DNA from: Pasteurella multocida
Lineage (GTDB): Bacteria > Pseudomonadota > Gammaproteobacteria > Enterobacterales > Pasteurellaceae
Assembly: GCF_900187275.1 (NCBI RefSeq)
Contig: NZ_LT906458.1
Location: 1,380,001 to 1,412,000 of the forward strand
Direction of reading: 5' to 3'
DNA length: 32,000 bases
Position 1 is the first letter of the stretch, and the number at the start of each line of letters is the position of its first letter. Of this stretch, positions 10,667-21,240 are shown in pieces. Below the pieces are notes generated by a model. The model made no database searches, was not told the DNA's origin, and saw nothing but the letters and a program-made list of their open reading frames with translations. A program made the position numbers and the translations under genes.

Positions 10667-10675
10667 AAGTGCGGT
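10667..10675 (+). repeat. DNA uptake signal sequence core
   Basis: Exact AAGTGCGGT downstream of cpdB. Confidence 0.85.
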
Positions 10676-10691
10676 CAGTTTTCCCTAAAAG

Positions 10692-11132
10692 TTATAACCA
10701 CCGTCGCACTTTCTGTTTATAGTCTAAATAGGCATCGCCAAACAATTTTTCTAACTGCCGCTCTTCTGGCTTGATCTGAAATTGTGTGATACAAAACACA
10801 AAAACTACTAAAAAAAGCACCGCACTTAAACTCGCAAGCCATAATCCCCAAGCTAGCAATAGTAACGCCAAACTTAAGTACATCGGATTGCGGCTAAATT
10901 GATAAATACCACTCACGACTAAAGCACTGCTTTTCTCTAGCCGAATGGGATCCACAGTGGTTTTAGCTTGCCAAAATTGCCATAAACTGCCCGAACCGAT
11001 AATCCCACTAATCAAAATAAACAGCCCAACTAGCCACGTATGACGAGCAAATTGATAAATCGGGGGAAGGCACCACATCACAGCCGCACAAGCAAGAAAA
11101 ATCACGGGAGGTGGAAGGCGGATTGTCATCAT
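10692..11132 (-). CDS. Small integral membrane protein, isoprenylcysteine carboxyl methyltransferase (ICMT)/phospholipid methyltransferase-like family
   Basis: 146 aa: LVVSGIYQFSRNPMYLSLALLLLAWGLWL and KPEERQLEKLFGDAYLDYKQKVRRWL, characteristic of the family. Confidence 0.85.
   Translation of the reverse strand: MMTIRLPPPVIFLACAAVMWCLPPIYQFARHTWLVGLFILISGIIGSGSLWQFWQAKTTVDPIRLEKSSALVVSGIYQFSRNPMYLSLALLLLAWGLWLASLSAVLFLVVFVFCITQFQIKPEERQLEKLFGDAYLDYKQKVRRWL
10819..10827 (-). repeat. DNA uptake signal sequence core
   Basis: Exact ACCGCACTT inside the ICMT-like gene. Confidence 0.85.
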
Positions 11133-11301
11133 AAACTCCTAATTTATCGTGGTTTGTTTCAGCCAATATCGTACTACTTGTTTTATCAAAAAAGGGCGGA
11201 TTGGGCAATGCCACCCGACACGAACATAATCAGCATTTTCATCAACACAAACAGCTTATTTACCCTAAATATGCCTTGAGTTAACAAAAAAGAGAAAGAA
11301 A

Positions 11302-11331
11302 AAAGGCTTGGAAAATACCTTCCAAGCCTTT
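11302..11331 (-). terminator. Intrinsic terminator after yfgM
   Basis: AAAGGCTTGGAA (11302-11313) / TTCCAAGCCTTT (11320-11331), 6-nt loop. On the minus strand it is followed by a T-rich tract (TTTCTTTCTCTTTTTTG). Confidence 0.85.
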
Positions 11332-11340
11332 CAAGTAAAT

Positions 11341-11952
11341 TTATAAATTATTCAACCGCACTTGTAACCACTGTGCTTCTAATGGTGAGGCATTATTTAA
11401 CGCTTGTTGATAACTGGCTTTTGCCGCCACCTTATCCCCTTTGGCTAATAAAATATCACCAATCAGTAAGTTTTTACGACTATCCCAACTGCTTTCTTTC
11501 ACCTGTTTCAAGCTGTCTAATGCCATGTCAAAGGCTTGTTGTTGGTATTGTACTGATGCTAAACGTAATGCTGTAATCGAGGATAAGTTTTCATCTGTTG
11601 ACTGCGCTAGGGCTTGTTTTAAGGATTGCTCTGCTTGAGCAAACTCCTTTTTTTCCACTTCAACTTTTGCCTTTTCTAACAAGGCTAAAACCGCATAACT
11701 GGTTTTGCTGTTCGCTTGTACAAACTGCTCAATTTGCGCACTCTTGCTAGCAAAATCTGCTGTACTATACAGTGCCTGTTCATACTGAGCTGAAGTTTGT
11801 TGAATTTTATTTAACTGATGACTTTGCCAGTAATTCCAACCGAACACACCACCAAATGCAATAATGACCGAGGCGATTAAAGTTTTATAATTTTCCTTCC
11901 ACCATGTTTTAATCTCATTTAGCTCTTGTTCTTCTTCCGCAGTATAAGCCAT
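11341..11952 (-). CDS. yfgM: YfgM-family TPR protein (SecYEG-associated periplasmic chaperone-like)
   Basis: 203 aa: N-terminal ELNEIKTWWKENYKTLIASVIIAFGGVFGWNYWQ, a membrane anchor followed by helical repeats. Adjacent to hisS. Confidence 0.85.
   Translation of the reverse strand: MAYTAEEEQELNEIKTWWKENYKTLIASVIIAFGGVFGWNYWQSHQLNKIQQTSAQYEQALYSTADFASKSAQIEQFVQANSKTSYAVLALLEKAKVEVEKKEFAQAEQSLKQALAQSTDENLSSITALRLASVQYQQQAFDMALDSLKQVKESSWDSRKNLLIGDILLAKGDKVAAKASYQQALNNASPLEAQWLQVRLNNL
11355..11363 (-). repeat. DNA uptake signal sequence core
   Basis: Exact ACCGCACTT near the 3' end of yfgM. Confidence 0.85.
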
Positions 11953-11970
11953 TTTCCTCTTCCTTCTCGA

Positions 11971-13242
11971 TTAAAAATTGTTCTTAATGTAATCAACAAT
12001 ATCATCTAATGCAAGTGTTTGTTGCTCGGCTCCACCAAGTAAGTGTTTAACCACAACTTGTTGATTTTGCACTTCACTTTCACCAATCACTAACGCCAAT
12101 GTCGCACCACTTTTATCTGCGCGTTTAAATTGTTTTTTAAAGTTACCACCACTGCAGTGGGTCATCACACGTAATTGTGGCAATTCAGTACGGAGAGTTT
12201 CAGCTAACTGAAATGCTGCTAATGTTGTCCCTTCGCCTTGGTAAACTACGTAAATATCAACCGCACTTGGCAAGCTGATACTTTGATTCACTTCTTGCAC
12301 CAATAACACTAAGCGTTCTAGCCCCATCGCAAAGCCCACACCTGTCGTCGCATGACCACCTAATTGCTCAACAAGACCGTCGTAGCGACCACCACCACAA
12401 ACAGTGCCCTGTGCTCCTAACGCAGAAGTCATCCACTCAAAAACAGTTTTGTTGTAATAATCTAAACCGCGCACCAGTTTTGGATTCACTTCATATTGAA
12501 TCCCTACCGCATCCAGTAAAGCACAAAGTTGGGCAAAGTGTTCACGGCTATCCTCATCTAAATACGCTAACAGTTTTGGCGCATCATTTAGCACCTCTTG
12601 TAACGCTTGATTTTTTGTATCCAAAATACGCAGTGGATTTTTCTCTAAACGTTCTTTTTCTTCTTCACTTAATAAATCAACATGTTGCTGTAAAAAAGCG
12701 ACTAAAGCAGAACGATAGTTCTTACGCGCCTCTAATGAACCAATTGAATTCAGTTGCAAGGTGACATGCTCAGCAATGCCCAATTCTTTCCATAAACGTG
12801 CCGTAAGCATAATTAACTCAGCATCAATTTCCGGATTAGGAATACCGAACACTTCAACACCTGCTTGGTGGAACTGGCGATAGCGTCCTTTTTGTGGACG
12901 TTCGTGACGGAACATCGGTCCCATATACCATAAACGTTGTTCTTGGTTATAAATCCAACCATGTTCAATCGCTGCACGTACACAACCTGCTGTCCCTTCT
13001 GGACGCAAAGTTAATTGCTCATCGTTATCCCAAAAAGTGTACATTTCTTTGGATACTACATCGGTTACTTCACCGATCGCACGAGCAAATAATGGCGTAC
13101 TTTCGACAATTGGCATACGCACTTCAGAATAACCATAATTTTGTAAAACTGACCGCACTTTTCCTTCGACCCATTGCCATAATGGGCTTTCCGTTGGGGA
13201 ACAATCATTCATACCACGAATTGCTTGAATTGTTTTTGCCAC
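11971..13242 (-). CDS. hisS: Histidyl-tRNA synthetase
   Basis: 423 aa: [19 protein letters not shown]; class II motifs [21 protein letters not shown]; [15 protein letters not shown]; [14 protein letters not shown]. Confidence 0.97.
   Translation of the reverse strand: MAKTIQAIRGMNDCSPTESPLWQWVEGKVRSVLQNYGYSEVRMPIVESTPLFARAIGEVTDVVSKEMYTFWDNDEQLTLRPEGTAGCVRAAIEHGWIYNQEQRLWYMGPMFRHERPQKGRYRQFHQAGVEVFGIPNPEIDAELIMLTARLWKELGIAEHVTLQLNSIGSLEARKNYRSALVAFLQQHVDLLSEEEKERLEKNPLRILDTKNQALQEVLNDAPKLLAYLDEDSREHFAQLCALLDAVGIQYEVNPKLVRGLDYYNKTVFEWMTSALGAQGTVCGGGRYDGLVEQLGGHATTGVGFAMGLERLVLLVQEVNQSISLPSAVDIYVVYQGEGTTLAAFQLAETLRTELPQLRVMTHCSGGNFKKQFKRADKSGATLALVIGESEVQNQQVVVKHLLGGAEQQTLALDDIVDYIKNNF
12260..12268 (-). 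repeat. DNA uptake signal sequence core
   Basis: Exact ACCGCACTT inside hisS. Confidence 0.85.
13152..13160 (-). repeat. DNA uptake signal sequence core
   Basis: Exact ACCGCACTT near the 5' end of hisS. Confidence 0.85.
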
Positions 13243-13271
13243 AATACTATCCTATTTTTTCTTTTGTTATT

Positions 13272-14375
13272 TTAAATAATTCGATTTTTGGGATCTTGCG
13301 CCGCCACTTTGGCACGAATTTTGGCTTCTAATTGATTGATTAGATCATCATTATCAAAGCGCTCTTTTTGGCGTTCCCCATCTAAATAATAACCGCTTTT
13401 CTTATTACCACCCGTGACACCTAAATCAGAGACGAGTGCTTCACCCGGTCCGTTAACGACACAGCCGATAATCGACACATCCATTGGTGTAATAATATCT
13501 TCTAAGCGTTGCTCAAGGGCGTTAACCGTGCCAATCACATCAAACTCTTGACGTGAACAAGTTGGGCAAGCAATAAAGTTAATACCACGAGAGCGGATCC
13601 GTAATGATTTGAGAATATCAAAGCCCACTTTGATTTCTTCAACAGGATCGGCCGCAAGCGAAATGCGTAATGTATCGCCAATGCCTTCCGCTAAAAGCAT
13701 GCCCAACCCCACCGCACTTTTTACTGCCCCAGCACGAAAGCCGCCGGCTTCGGTGATGCCTAAATGCAAGGGTTGTTTGATGGCTTTTGCCAATAAACGA
13801 TAGGATTCGACCGCTAAAAACACATCAGATGCCTTCACACTGACCTTAAACTGGTCGAAATTAAGGCGTTCTAGAATTTCTACATGACGTAACGCTGATT
13901 CCAATAACGCTTCGGGCGTCGGTTCACCGTATTTTTCTTGCAGATCTTTTTCCAAAGATCCGGCATTCACCCCAATACGGATCGGAATATTGTTATCTCT
14001 GGCGCAATCGACAACTGCACGGATACGATCTTCACGACCAATATTACCCGGGTTGATTCGCAAGCAGTCCACTCCGTACTCCGCCACTTTTAACGCAATA
14101 CGATAATCAAAATGAATATCCGCCACTAAAGGCACATTCACTTGCTGCTTGATGAGCTTAAATGCCTCAGCTGCATCCATTGTCGGGACTGAAACACGAA
14201 CAATATCCGCACCAACACGTTCCAGCGCTTTAATTTGCGCCACAGTGGCTTCTACATCAGTTGTTCTAGTATTGGTCATGGATTGCACTGCAATAGGCGC
14301 ATCCCCACCAATCGGCACGTTCCCCACATAGATTTTGGTTGATTCTCTACGCTTAATCGTTGGTTTGGCTAACAT
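13272..14375 (-). CDS. ispG: 4-hydroxy-3-methylbut-2-enyl diphosphate synthase
   Basis: 367 aa: [37 protein letters not shown]; Fe-S region [22 protein letters not shown] and [10 protein letters not shown]. Confidence 0.97.
   Translation of the reverse strand: MLAKPTIKRRESTKIYVGNVPIGGDAPIAVQSMTNTRTTDVEATVAQIKALERVGADIVRVSVPTMDAAEAFKLIKQQVNVPLVADIHFDYRIALKVAEYGVDCLRINPGNIGREDRIRAVVDCARDNNIPIRIGVNAGSLEKDLQEKYGEPTPEALLESALRHVEILERLNFDQFKVSVKASDVFLAVESYRLLAKAIKQPLHLGITEAGGFRAGAVKSAVGLGMLLAEGIGDTLRISLAADPVEEIKVGFDILKSLRIRSRGINFIACPTCSRQEFDVIGTVNALEQRLEDIITPMDVSIIGCVVNGPGEALVSDLGVTGGNKKSGYYLDGERQKERFDNDDLINQLEAKIRAKVAAQDPKNRII
13711..13719 (-). repeat. DNA uptake signal sequence core
   Basis: Exact ACCGCACTT inside ispG. 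Confidence 0.85.
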
Positions 14376-14401
14376 AATTGTTTGCTACCTTATCAGCCAC
14401 A

Positions 14402-15358
14402 TTACTGTGGTAATTTAAATCGAGCGACACGACCATCTACTTTTAGCGGATAGTCCTCGCCTTTATATGTGATCTTAACATTTGCTGGCGCACCTATAAT
14501 CAGTGAATAAGTCACACCTTCATTAAACGTCAACACATCACCTTGTTTGTATTCTTTTTGTGCAAGAATCTTTCCACTCTCATTTTGCACACTAATCCAA
14601 CAACCACCGGTGACTTCAATGTGTAATTCATGAGAAGGGGTCGCCACCGTCTCATGTGAAAGAAGATTTTTCTCGCTTTTTTCATCTAATTTTTCCATTT
14701 CCGCTTTTAACACATCCGCAGACGTGATCGGCTGGTCACTTACTGGGCTGATCGTCACAGGAAGATCAGTAGAAGAGGTAGTTTGTGTCGTCGGTATCAC
14801 TACACTTGAGGCACTGAGCACTGTTGCATTTTGTGTAGTATCCGCCAATGCAGTAGAACTCGCTATTGGTGTGCTTTGTACGACGCTACTTTGCGGTGTT
14901 GTGTCAACGTAATGTTGCACTAAACTCTCGCGCTCGGCATTAGACTGAGTATAGTTTTCCCACCACCACAGACCCGTCATCCCCGCCACAATGAGAACAA
15001 CAAGTAAACTTAACCAACCAATCCAGTGGTTATGCGAGGAATAATGGTTAACCGCTCTGGTTGCACGTGCATTTTTACCTAGATCATTCTTATGATCTTC
15101 ACCAAAACTTGCATGTACCCATACGGATTCAGGTAATTTGAGAAATTTAGCGTAACTGCGAACATAACCTCTCATAAAAGTGGCTGGAATTGACTTTTGA
15201 GCCAATTGATTCGTTTCAATCAATTGTAAAATAGAGGGTCTAAGAGAGATTTTTTTAGAAACATCTTCAATGGAAAGGTTAAGCGCCTCGCGTGCTTGGC
15301 GGAATTGTTCGCCGAGAGTGAGTACTTTTTCCTCAATATTATTTGTCGCAGTATTCAT
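14402..15358 (-). CDS. rodZ: Cytoskeleton protein RodZ (N-terminal HTH, single TM, Ser/Thr-rich periplasmic region)
   Basis: LGEQFRQAREALNLSIEDVSKKISLRPSILQLIET; TM segment WIGWLSLLVVLIVAGMTGLWWW; DUF4115-like C-terminus GGCWISVQNESGKILAQKEYKQGDVLTF. Confidence 0.9.
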   Translation of the reverse strand: MNTATNNIEEKVLTLGEQFRQAREALNLSIEDVSKKISLRPSILQLIETNQLAQKSIPATFMRGYVRSYAKFLKLPESVWVHASFGEDHKNDLGKNARATRAVNHYSSHNHWIGWLSLLVVLIVAGMTGLWWWENYTQSNAERESLVQHYVDTTPQSSVVQSTPIASSTALADTTQNATVLSASSVVIPTTQTTSSTDLPVTISPVSDQPITSADVLKAEMEKLDEKSEKNLLSHETVATPSHELHIEVTGGCWISVQNESGKILAQKEYKQGDVLTFNEGVTYSLIIGAPANVKITYKGEDYPLKVDGRVARFKLPQ

Positions 15359-15480
15359 TTCACACCATCTATTTACACAAAATCCAAAGGGTAAAGTTTA
15401 AAGTTGTACAGGGGCTTTTGCAATAGCTATTCGCTAGATAAGCTATGTGAAAAAGTGTTTTTCTGTCTTTTTATCCTGAG

Positions 15481-16026
15481 TTACTCAATATGTGGCGGAA
15501 ATTTTTTTGCTCTATTGGGATCAAACTGCGTTAAATGTTGCAAATTTTGTTGATAACGGACAGCGTCTTTGGCAAAAGACGCACACCAAACCAAATTTTC
15601 ATAAGTATCGGCGTGTTGATAATAATGTGGGGCATTTAATGCTTGAGAAAATTGTTTGTAAGCTTGTTCAAACTCACCTTGTTGGCATAAAAAGGCACCA
15701 TAATTATTTAATACATCGCCTTGATTTTTATCTAATTTTATCGCCTTTTCATAAGCGTGACGGGCTAAATCAAGATGACCTTGTTTTTGGTAGAGATACG
15801 CTAAGACCGCATGAGATAAATAGTAATTTGGGGCATGGGATAAAGCTTTATCAAAATTTTGCTTTGCTCGCGCAAAATCATGCTGAGATAAATAGCCTAA
15901 ACCTAATTCAATTCTGGCTTTTGCCGCCTCATGTGAATCAAACGTATTGTTACCTTCTTGACTCACACAAGCACAAAGCAAAAGAGAAAAAATGCTCGCG
16001 ATCCCAAATCGAAAAGTGCGGTTCAT
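15481..16026 (-). CDS. pilF: Type IV pilus biogenesis/stability lipoprotein, TPR (PilF/PilW)
   Basis: 181 aa: lipobox-like LLLCACVSQEGN and TPR units (ARIELGLGYLSQHDFARAKQNFDKALSHAPNYYLSHAVLAYLYQ). Adjacent to rlmN. Confidence 0.85.
   Translation of the reverse strand: MNRTFRFGIASIFSLLLCACVSQEGNNTFDSHEAAKARIELGLGYLSQHDFARAKQNFDKALSHAPNYYLSHAVLAYLYQKQGHLDLARHAYEKAIKLDKNQGDVLNNYGAFLCQQGEFEQAYKQFSQALNAPHYYQHADTYENLVWCASFAKDAVRYQQNLQHLTQFDPNRAKKFPPHIE
16014..16022 (+). repeat. DNA uptake signal sequence core
   Basis: Exact AAGTGCGGT overlapping the start of pilF. Confidence 0.85.
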
Positions 16027-16064
16027 TTTTTCTCCTTTTTACGTCCTCAGCCATCATGACTGTC

Positions 16065-17249
16065 TTAATGATTTCTCACTGCAATTTCTTGACCAAATTG
16101 CTTTTTCTGTGCAGTACGTTTTGTTCGGTCAATTACATCACCGGCTAATTGCCCGCAAGCGGCATCAATATCATCGCCACGGGTTTTACGTACAATCACG
16201 GTGAACCCATATTCCATCAAGGTTTTTTGGAAACGATCAATACGCGAGTTTGAGCTTTTCGCATAAGGTGCTTCTGGGAACGGGTTCCAAGGGATCAAAT
16301 TGATCTTACATGGTGTATTTTTTAACACCTGTGCTAACTGATGTGCGTGCTCCACACCATCATTAACATGATCTAACATTACATATTCAATAGTCACTTT
16401 ACCGTGATTCGCATTCGACACGCTTAAATAACGGTTTACCGAATCCATCAACATTTTGATGTTATATTTTTTATTGATTGGCACAATTTCATCACGCAAT
16501 TCATCATTCGGTGCATGTAACGAAATCGCCAACGCCACATCAATCATTTCACTTAATTTATCTAACGCAGGTACAACACCCGAAGTGGATAACGTCACAC
16601 GGCGTTTTGATAAACCATACGCAAAATCATCTAACATGATTTCCATCGCAGGCACAACATTTGCCACGTTTAACAATGGCTCGCCCATCCCCATCATTAC
16701 CACGTTGGTGATCGGACGCACACCAGTTACTCCAAAGTTACCAATAATTTTTGAGGCGCGCCAAACTTGACCAATAATTTCAGACACCGTCAAGTTACGG
16801 TTAAACCCTTGTTGTGCAGTCGAACAGAACGTACAAGCCAACGCACAACCTACTTGTGAAGAGACACATAAGGTGGCACGATCTGCTTCTGGAATATACA
16901 CGGTTTCCACTTGCTGATCGCCCACTTGCATTGCCCATTTAATAGTACCGTCAGCAGAACGTTGCTCCACCGCGACTTCAGGGGCTTTAATTTCAGCTAC
17001 TTGTTTTAATTTATCTCTTAACTTCTTGTTAATATTGGTCATATTGTCGAAGTTATCTTCGCCAAAATGATAAATCCATTTCACTAACTGATCGGCACGA
17101 AACGGCTTTTCGCCCAATTCTTTAAAGAACTCACGCATTTGCTGGCGTGTTAAATTCATTAAGTTAATTTTTTTTGCTTGGTCGGTTGATAATTCAACCG
17201 TGTTGACTGTATTTGCTGCTTTTTCAGCACAGGTTTGTTGTTCTAACAT
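16065..17249 (-). CDS. rlmN: Dual-specificity 23S rRNA / tRNA adenine-C2 methyltransferase (radical SAM)
   Basis: 394 aa: [35 protein letters not shown]; [15 protein letters not shown]; ACGQLAGD. Confidence 0.96.
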   Translation of the reverse strand: MLEQQTCAEKAANTVNTVELSTDQAKKINLMNLTRQQMREFFKELGEKPFRADQLVKWIYHFGEDNFDNMTNINKKLRDKLKQVAEIKAPEVAVEQRSADGTIKWAMQVGDQQVETVYIPEADRATLCVSSQVGCALACTFCSTAQQGFNRNLTVSEIIGQVWRASKIIGNFGVTGVRPITNVVMMGMGEPLLNVANVVPAMEIMLDDFAYGLSKRRVTLSTSGVVPALDKLSEMIDVALAISLHAPNDELRDEIVPINKKYNIKMLMDSVNRYLSVSNANHGKVTIEYVMLDHVNDGVEHAHQLAQVLKNTPCKINLIPWNPFPEAPYAKSSNSRIDRFQKTLMEYGFTVIVRKTRGDDIDAACGQLAGDVIDRTKRTAQKKQFGQEIAVRNH

Positions 17250-17361
17250 AACGCCTCGTTGTTACACATTGCGGCCTAGATAATCGCCTATAAAAAATGA
17301 GTTGCGATTGTACAGAGTTAGTGCGCATTAATCTAGCAATTTCGCCAAACTCTGTAAAAAA

Positions 17362-17410
17362 ACACCGCACTTTTTTGCGAACTCGATCGAGAAAGAAAAA
17401 AGTGCGGTGT
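17362..17410. terminator. Inverted pair of uptake signals forming an intrinsic terminator between the AI-2E family gene and rlmN
   Basis: Perfect 15-bp arms ACACCGCACTTTTTT (17362-17376) / AAAAAAGTGCGGTGT (17396-17410), flanked by TTTTTTT on + and by TTTTT on -. Confidence 0.85.
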
Positions 17411-17429
17411 GTTTTTTTATAACCTGTTG

Positions 17430-18683
17430 CTATTTTTGATCCGCGGCTTTCGCGATCGCTTGAATTTCAGCTTCAATTTCTGCCTTAGCATCTGCAATGA
17501 CGCCAGCGATGGCTTCATTCTTTGCTTCTTCTTTGGCCGTGGCAATGGCTTCGGCGATTTGCTCCGCGTTTTCTTCCCACTCAGCCTGTTCTTTGATGCG
17601 TTCTGCGGCTTCTTGTTTGGCGTCGATGATTTCACGGTTAATGTCTTTCACATCGCCTAACAAAATCGCATATTTAACCGTTTCTGGACTGGCTTCAAGG
17701 GCAATTTTTAGCACCATTGTCAGTGGCACAGACAGCAACATCCCAACTGTACCCAGTAACCATCCCCAAAATAATAAGGATAAGAAAACGACAAGTGTCG
17801 ATAAGCCTAAGGTGCGCCCCATCATTTTCGGTTCAATGATGTTACCCACAATCATATTCACCGCACCTACACCAATCGCTACCCCAAGACCTGTTGGAAA
17901 ACCATTCAGTAATAAGGCTTGCACTACAATTGGCACGGCGGCAATGATCGAACCAATATTGGGAATATAATTAAGCAGAAAACTCAAAGTTGCCCATAAA
18001 ATAGCATATTGCACATCAGTTAATTCAAGCAGAATATAAACGCAAACACCGGTTAATAAACTGGTCAGCGTTTTCACGCCAAGATAACTAATTACCCCTT
18101 GTAAAATCCGATTGATATAATGTTCTTCACGGTGAACATCACGCACATCTGAACTAAACACCAGCGCCAATTTATGTTTCGCAAACGGCGCTTCACTCAG
18201 CATAAAAATCACCACAAGGAACAGAACAAATACGTTGGTGACGACGCCGGAAAAGCTTAGTAATGTACTACTCACCAAATTCATGATCACACTCGGATCC
18301 ATATATTCCATCGTTCGCTCGGTGGATAAATCCAAGGGAATATTCCACTTCTTCGCCAATAATACTAAAGCATTAATCCGTTCTGATAATAAAAGACGAT
18401 ATTGTGGGATCGATTGGGTAAACTCTCGCGCGGTGCTATTGATCAAACTTAACACCGAGAAAAACACCACTAAAATCATCAACAGTAATAAGGTAATGGC
18501 AAGCCAGTGCGGGACTTTACGGCTAGTCATAAAGCGGATGATCGGCGAGCAAATGATGGCAATAAAAAGCGATAATAAAAACGGTACCGCAATTTCACTT
18601 GCGACTTTGACGCCAGCCAAAATGATCACAATGGCGGCTAAAGCGACCAACACTTTTAAAATAGGCGATTCAACTTTGAGCAT
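17430..18683 (-). CDS. AI-2E family transporter (TqsA/PerM-like permease) with charged C-terminal extension
   Basis: 417 aa: ITLLLLMILVVFFSVLSLINSTAREF, LWATLSFLLNYIPNIGSIIAAVPIVVQALL, GNIIEPKMMGRTLGLSTLVVFLSLLFWGWLLGTVGMLLSVPLT. Confidence 0.9.
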   Translation of the reverse strand: MLKVESPILKVLVALAAIVIILAGVKVASEIAVPFLLSLFIAIICSPIIRFMTSRKVPHWLAITLLLLMILVVFFSVLSLINSTAREFTQSIPQYRLLLSERINALVLLAKKWNIPLDLSTERTMEYMDPSVIMNLVSSTLLSFSGVVTNVFVLFLVVIFMLSEAPFAKHKLALVFSSDVRDVHREEHYINRILQGVISYLGVKTLTSLLTGVCVYILLELTDVQYAILWATLSFLLNYIPNIGSIIAAVPIVVQALLLNGFPTGLGVAIGVGAVNMIVGNIIEPKMMGRTLGLSTLVVFLSLLFWGWLLGTVGMLLSVPLTMVLKIALEASPETVKYAILLGDVKDINREIIDAKQEAAERIKEQAEWEENAEQIAEAIATAKEEAKNEAIAGVIADAKAEIEAEIQAIAKAADQK

Positions 18684-19645
<962 letters not shown>

Positions 19646-19670
19646 TTTTTCCTCTATTTTTTATTGCCAA

Positions 19671-20600
19671 CTAAACCCAATAATATCTCACCACATGGAA
19701 GAAGATAGGTGCCGCAAAGCATAAACTGTCCATGCGATCTAACATGCCACCATGACCACTGATCATATTGCCCCAATCTTTCACGCCCATACTACGTTTG
19801 ATTGCCGACATCACTAATCCGCCTAAAAAGCCCATTAAACAAATCAGTAAGCTCATCAGAAAGGCTTGTAACGGACTAAACGGGGTTAACCAATACAGTA
19901 AACCACCGAGAATTGAGGCACTTAGGATCCCACCGGCAAACCCTTCCACTGTTTTAGAAGGTGATAATGTCGGCGCAATTTTATGTTTTCCGAATAATTT
20001 GCCCCACACATATTGCAACACATCACTTGATTGCACGACTAAAATTAAGAAAATCATTAACAATAAATTCTTATTCTCAAAACCCACAATATCCAAGGTT
20101 AAGATAGCGGGAATATGGGAAATACAAAATACTGAAATCATAATTGCCCACTGAACTTTCGTGGAACGATCTAGGAAATGTGAGGCATCACCTAGCAAGG
20201 CAGACAAAATCGGTAAAAATAAGAAGGCATACACCGGAATAAAGATCGTAAACATGCTAAACCAGTCGATTGCCACAAAATAATATTGTACGGGGAGAAT
20301 GACATAAAAACAGGCAGCTAACGCAAGATGATCACCACGACGGATATAAATTAATGATAAAAATTCGCGTAATGCCATAAAAGAAATGATAAAAAATAAC
20401 GCAATCACCGCGTAAAAACCAATAAATGCCGCGGCAAAAATAATCAAAATCATGACCCACCACGCATTAATACGGGCATTTAAATTATCAATCACAGCGT
20501 GAGGTGTAGAAAAACCCACTTTCCATTTTAATGTATAACCGATGGCGGAAGCGAGAATTAGGGTGAACATTAAGCCCCAGAAGAGTGTCCAAATTTCCAT
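19671..20600 (-). CDS. CdsA-like phosphatidate cytidylyltransferase (CTP-transferase family)
   Basis: 309 aa multi-TM protein with signature VVQSSDVLQYVWGKLFGKHKIAPTLSPSKTVEGFAGG ... GVMVKDWGNMISGHGGMLDRMDSL-type C-terminus (here SMGVKDWGNMISGHGGMLDRMDSLCFAAP). Confidence 0.9.
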   Translation of the reverse strand: MEIWTLFWGLMFTLILASAIGYTLKWKVGFSTPHAVIDNLNARINAWWVMILIIFAAAFIGFYAVIALFFIISFMALREFLSLIYIRRGDHLALAACFYVILPVQYYFVAIDWFSMFTIFIPVYAFLFLPILSALLGDASHFLDRSTKVQWAIMISVFCISHIPAILTLDIVGFENKNLLLMIFLILVVQSSDVLQYVWGKLFGKHKIAPTLSPSKTVEGFAGGILSASILGGLLYWLTPFSPLQAFLMSLLICLMGFLGGLVMSAIKRSMGVKDWGNMISGHGGMLDRMDSLCFAAPIFFHVVRYYWV

Positions 20601-20601
20601 C

Positions 20602-21230
20602 TTATTCTCCTTGATATTTTGGATTTAAACGTAATAAGGCGTTTTGCGCACGAGCAAGAAAATCGGCTTTTTCTTCCCCTTGTTGGTAACTTAACGGTTC
20701 ACCTAAATACAGATCGCAAAGTAGTGGAATCGGTAAAATAAACCCTTTCGGTAACACATTATGCATATTACTAATCCAAACAGGGACCAATTCTAGCGTT
20801 GGGTTTTGTTTTGCTAAATGAAATAACCCACTTTTAAAAGGTTGTAAGGCAAGATCATCATCAGTCTTACGCGTGCCTTCTGGGAAAATAATTAATGAAC
20901 TGTCTTTTAGTGCGTCGCTAATTTGATTAGTTGCCACCTTAGGATCATCACTACCACGTTCAATCAAGAGCATATTAAAGACCTTTTTCGCTAAAAAACG
21001 GCGGACTTTGCCTTTTAGCCAATAATCTGCACCCGCGACAGGGCGGGTATTTTGGCGTACTTCATAGGGTAAAGACACCCAAAGTAATATAAATCCCCGT
21101 GACTATTATGATTGGCATAATACAGTCGATTTTTTCCTGTAGATTGTTGCGTAACGTTTTTTTGTGGGCGAACACCCGTAATAAAGGAAGTAAAACGACA
21201 TAAAAGAAAATCAATCAGTTTGGCGAGCAT
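20602..21230 (-). pseudogene. PlsC-like 1-acyl-glycerol-3-phosphate acyltransferase, apparently interrupted by one -1 frameshift (true pseudogene or base-call error)
   Basis: The N-terminal part is in one frame (MLAKLIDFLLCRFTSFITG...RLYYANHNSHGD) and the rest is in another (ILLWVSLPYEVRQNTRPVAGADYWLKGKVRRFLAKKVFNMLLIERG...IIFPEGTRK...). Adding one base in the T run of GGGGATTTATATTAC restores a single 209-aa protein. Confidence 0.82.
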
Positions 21231-21240
21231 AAAATTCTCC

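Noticed and set aside
10660-10712. AAGTGCGGT (10667) facing CGCACTTT (10705-10712) as another paired-signal terminator
   Set aside because: The second arm is degenerate (ACCGTCGCACTTT) and is the coding end of the ICMT-like gene. There is no T-run beyond the stem on the minus strand. The nearby hairpin 10600-10635 is the better terminator.
12411-13331. Plus-strand ORFs opposite hisS (117 and 145 aa)
   Set aside because: Antisense to a clearly coding housekeeping gene, with no family resemblance. The 12894..13331 ORF only extends into the hisS-ispG gap.
15492-16148. 218-aa plus-strand ORF covering the pilF region
   Set aside because: Completely antisense to pilF and into the rlmN 3' end. The pilF frame has a lipobox and TPR pattern, while the opposite frame is unstructured.
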